From positions 6,614,385-6,678,384 of the forward strand of contig NC_081398.1 in assembly GCF_030684315.1 (NCBI RefSeq): a stretch of 64,000 nucleotides of DNA. The letters are read 5' to 3'. The notes beneath the pieces were generated by a model, which saw nothing but the letters and a program-made list of their open reading frames with translations, was not told the origin of the DNA and made no database searches. Positions 60,136 through 64,000 of the stretch are shown here, in pieces; position 1 is the first letter of the stretch; each line of letters opens with the position of its first letter. The translations under genes and the position numbers were made by a program. The DNA is from Stegostoma tigrinum (Eukaryota).

Positions 60136-60799
60136 AATATTTAATAGATCGAGAATGAAACAAAACAGAAACATCAGTACCCACATCATTTGTTCTTCAG
60201 TCCCATCTGGGTCACCTGTTCCTTTCTGGAATGAAATCTGCATCCATTCGGGGCTCCACGTGACTCCAGACCCCGAGCCAATGGGGCTAACCCTTGATTG
60301 CCCTTCTGGGTAACAAATATCAACCAAAGAAATACGAAGGTGGGCTACTTTGGGGGCCAGATGTGTCAATGAGGGGATGCAGAACGGCAGTGTTTTTGAC
60401 AACGCAATCTCGCCATCAGTGGTCCGAAGGCAAGCAGCGGGTGTGTGGCAATCAGGAGCAGAAACCTCTGACCCTGAAGGGCCATTGTCTTGAATCGAAG
60501 TGTAAACTCTCCGGTTTTCTGTATCGCTAGATCGGTTCCATTTAAAGACCACGCTTACATCTTTGAACTCCCAAGAATCCAATTCTAGTTTGGCATCTGA
60601 GAATCTCAGCTGAAGAGCAAGAGGAAATAGGTATTTTTGTTTCTTCTGTCTGCTGGCAATTCAGGCCAGCATTTATTACCCAAGCCTCATTGCCCAGGGG
60701 GCAGTTAACTGTCAATCGCATATTGCTGTGGTTCTGAACAGCACAGACAAGGTACGAATGATAGATTTTCTCCCCGCCAAATGAGTTACCTTCTCATAC

Positions 60800-63270
60800 T
60801 GCATGGAAGCAGGCCCCTTCAGCTTAACCTATCCGTGGTAACTCAAACTGAAATAATCCCATTTGCCAGCATTTGTCCGATCAAAGCCTTTCCAATCCAA
60901 CTATCTGTCCAAATGTCTTTGAAATGTTGCAATCTACCACTTTGTCTGGCAACCCATTCCACACACGCACTACCCTCTGCGTGAAAAATTTACACCTCGG
61001 GTCCCTTTTAAGCCTTTCTCCGCTCACCTTAAACCTGTGCATCTTAGCTTTGAACTCTCCTGCCCTCTTGGCTATTCACCCTACCCATGTCCCTGATGAT
61101 TTTATAAACCTCTATAAGGTCCCGCTCAGCCTACTGCGCTCCCAGGGTATAAAAAAAATGTCCCAGCCTCTCCTCAGAACTCAAACCCTCCATCCCCCAC
61201 GACATCCTCGATGTCGAACCTGCTCGCATTTCCAGGAACATCCTAGACCTCAACTATCCTTTTCCGATTCCATTCATCCATCTCTGTCTCAATCCTCCCC
61301 CACCAGCCACCAATATAAACCCCATGGAGCTCCTCCATCTCTTTACCATAGACTCGTACAGCGCAGGCGAGAGGCTTCTGCCCATCAGGTCTGTACTAAC
61401 AAATAGAACCCATCACCTATTTGTACTAGCCCCACTTTCCCACACTAGGCCCATAGCCTTGAATGTTAAGACCCTTCATAGCGCTCATCCAAGTACGTTT
61501 TAAAGGCCATGAAGTTTCCCATCTCAACTACCCTCTCAGGCAATGCACTCCAGACTCCCACCAGCCTCTGGGTGAGGAAATCTCTCCTCAAGCCCTCCTT
61601 CTGCCTTTCACTTTGGCATTTTGCCCCCTTATTATTGAGCCTTCAACTAAGGAGAACAGTTCCTTCCTATCCACGCCCCTCAGGATCTTATACGTCTCTG
61701 TCAGGTCCCCTCCTCTGCTCCAAAGAAAACAACCCGAGCCTATATTAGCCTCTCTCCATCGCTGAAATGCTCCATCCCAGGGGCACATCCTGGTGAAGTC
61801 TCCTCTGCACACCCTCACGTACAGTCACATCCTTTCTATAGTGTGGGGACCAGAACTGCACACTGTGCTCCAGCTGGGACCTCACCAGTGTCTTATACAG
61901 CTCCAACATGACCTCCCCTCTCTTACAGTCTGTGCCAGGACTGATAAATGTAATTGTCCCGTATTCCTTCTTCACCACCCTGCCACCTTCCGAGATCCAT
62001 GGACCAGTTCCCTCTGATCATAGAAGCCCAACAGTGTGGTAGCAGGCCGTTCAGCCCATCAAGTTTGCAGTCGACCCTCTGGAGAGGGTCTCACTGTGAT
62101 CCAGCCCCCTACCCATCCTTGCATTTCCCACTGCAAATCCACCCTAACCTGAACATCCTTGGACTGTGGGAGGAACCTGGAGGAAACCCACGCAGACGTT
62201 GGTTGGGGGGGAGGCTGGGGGGAAGGTCCACACACACATACAGTCGCCCAAGGCTGGGATCGAACCTGGCGCTGTGAGGCAGCAGTGCTAACCTCTGAGC
62301 CGCCATTCCTCTGAGGGTTCCTATTATTTGTGCAGCCCCTTGCCTTGTTCCCTCTTCCAAAGTGCATCATCTCACGTTTGCCAGGGTTAAATTCTATCTG
62401 CCATTGATCTGTCCATCTGACCAACCCCCGGGTTGGATCCTCCTGTAACCTAACGCTTTCCTCCTCACCTGGACAATCTCTGCGTCATCCCCAAAATTAC
62501 GTATCATCCCCTCCAAAATTCTCACCCGCGTGGTTTATATCTAGATTGTCGCTCATATCTTTGACGGAATCAGGAACAAAGACAGAAGTTGCTGGAAGAT
62601 CTCAGCAGGTCTGGCAGCATCTGTGAAGACTAAAGCAGAGTTAAGCTTTCAGGTCCGATGGCCCTTTCTCCCAATAGGATCTGAGGAAGGGACGCCAGCC
62701 CTGAAACATTAACTCGGATTTTCTCTTCACAGATGCTGCCAGACCTGCTGAGATCTTCCAGCAACTTCTGTCTTTGTTCCTGATTTACAACATCCACAGT
62801 TCTCCCGGCATTAACCAAGTCTGAATCGCCTGCCTTTGGTACTTCCCTCCCACCCCTTAATCCAACATACCCTAGAATGTTCTCCAGTATTGTCCCATTC
62901 ACCTCTCTGATGGTCATTGCCTGATCTAATCCCACAAAACTGTTACCCCTCAATTTCCCATCCCAGCCTCGGTCTCGTCAAATATTGTACCTATCCACTT
63001 CAAGCCTTCCTACAGCACCCATCTCAAAAAACATCTCCCATCTTTCCTCAGCAAATGACTCCCCAGAGTCTGTCCACTATCGACAAGTCACAAGTCAGGA
63101 GGGTAATGGAATGCTCCTCACTTCACCCTGGATAGGGGCAGCTCCAACAGCACTCAAGAAGCTCGACACCCTCCAGGACAAAGCAGCCCACGCTCGGTTC
63201 GCACCACATCTACAAACATCCCACTCCCTTCCCCCACTGACGCTCAGTAACAGTGAACGCACAGCAGCTA
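60800..63270. mobile_element. Mosaic of CR1/L2 LINE and SINE fragments
   Basis: LELYKTLVRSQLEHSVQFWSPHYRKD (61745-61978, minus); SINE head at 62250-62305; LINE fragment at 63050-63250. Confidence 0.7.
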
Positions 63271-63569
63271 TGCTAAATTAAATAAGACAAGTTACTGACA
63301 TGTAACACCTTTATTTGGTTGATTCGTTACCAGATAGGCCGAGTAAATCTGATTATTAAATCACTGCTCTACAGAAGCTTAAGAAAGCACAGTTTAACTT
63401 CTCCCTGGTCTCGTTTCACCAGGCGTATTTTCAGTCGTTCATCATGTTAAAAGATGTACAAAAGATACAACTCTGAGGCCGAGCCATTCAATAGGTGGAT
63501 CAGACATTCAATAAATTCAATAAAGTCCTAACAGATGCAAATCTTCCTGAGAGAGAAAGAGAGAGAGAG

Positions 63570-64000
63570 AGAGGACTGAGAGGCACCAGTCAGTGTACAG
63601 GTATCTCCCTGAGAGAGGGGACTGAGAGACACCAGTCAGTGTACAGATATCTCCCTGAGAGAGGGGACTGAGAGACACCAGTCAGTGTACAGGTATCTCC
63701 CTGAGAGAGGGGACTGAGAGACACCAGTCAGTGTACAGATATCTCCCTGAGAGAGGGGACTGAGAGACACCAGTCAGTGTACAGGTATCTCCCTGAGAGA
63801 GGGGACTGAGAGACACCAGTCAGTGTACAGGTATCTCCCTGAGAGAGGGGACTGAGAGACACCAGTCAGTGTACAGGTGTCTCCCTGAGAGAGGGGACTG
63901 AGAGACACCAGTCAGTGTACAGGTATCTCCCTGAGACAGAGGGAGCGGGTACTGAGAGACACCAGTCAGTGTACAGATATCTCCCTGAGACAGAGGGAAC
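63570..64000 (+). repeat. ~46-bp tandem repeat running off the window end
   Basis: (GAGAGGGGACTGAGAGACACCAGTCAGTGTACAGRTATCTCCCTGA)n. Confidence 0.95.

Noticed and set aside
51345-64000. Regular arrays (53, 70 and 46 bp) as CRISPR arrays
   Set aside because: Head-to-tail units with no unique spacers, no cas genes, eukaryotic context.

Overview
Repeat-rich vertebrate DNA, most likely from a cartilaginous fish (shark); this is inferred from the SINE, CR1/L2 and Penelope repeat families and not confirmed. The main content, which the ORF track fragments, is a cluster of PILR-like (paired immunoglobulin-like type 2 receptor-like, Siglec-fold) single V-set immune receptor genes reconstructed from splice sites and reading phase. 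Gene C (+, 34040-53830, 7 exons, 287 aa) is an apparently intact inhibitory receptor: signal peptide, V domain, Thr-rich stalk, neutral TM and two ITIMs (IVYASL, ILYAAV). Gene A (+, 4498-14725, 4 exons) is its activating partner: V exon 361/369 identical, an Arg in the TM and a short Tyr-free tail, but with a CGA>TGA nonsense codon. Gene B (-, ~16.7-30.6 kb) is a decayed inverted duplicate of C. The first ~900 bp look like the 3' end of a further activating paralog left of the window. B and C form an imperfect palindrome of ~38 kb with patchy identity and an internal inversion; A and C share sharply bounded near-identical tracts over the leader and V exons, as expected from gene conversion. 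The rest is minisatellites, LINE/SINE fragments and Penelope-like elements carrying minimal hammerhead ribozyme motifs. All alignments were done by eye and reference protein comparisons are from memory.
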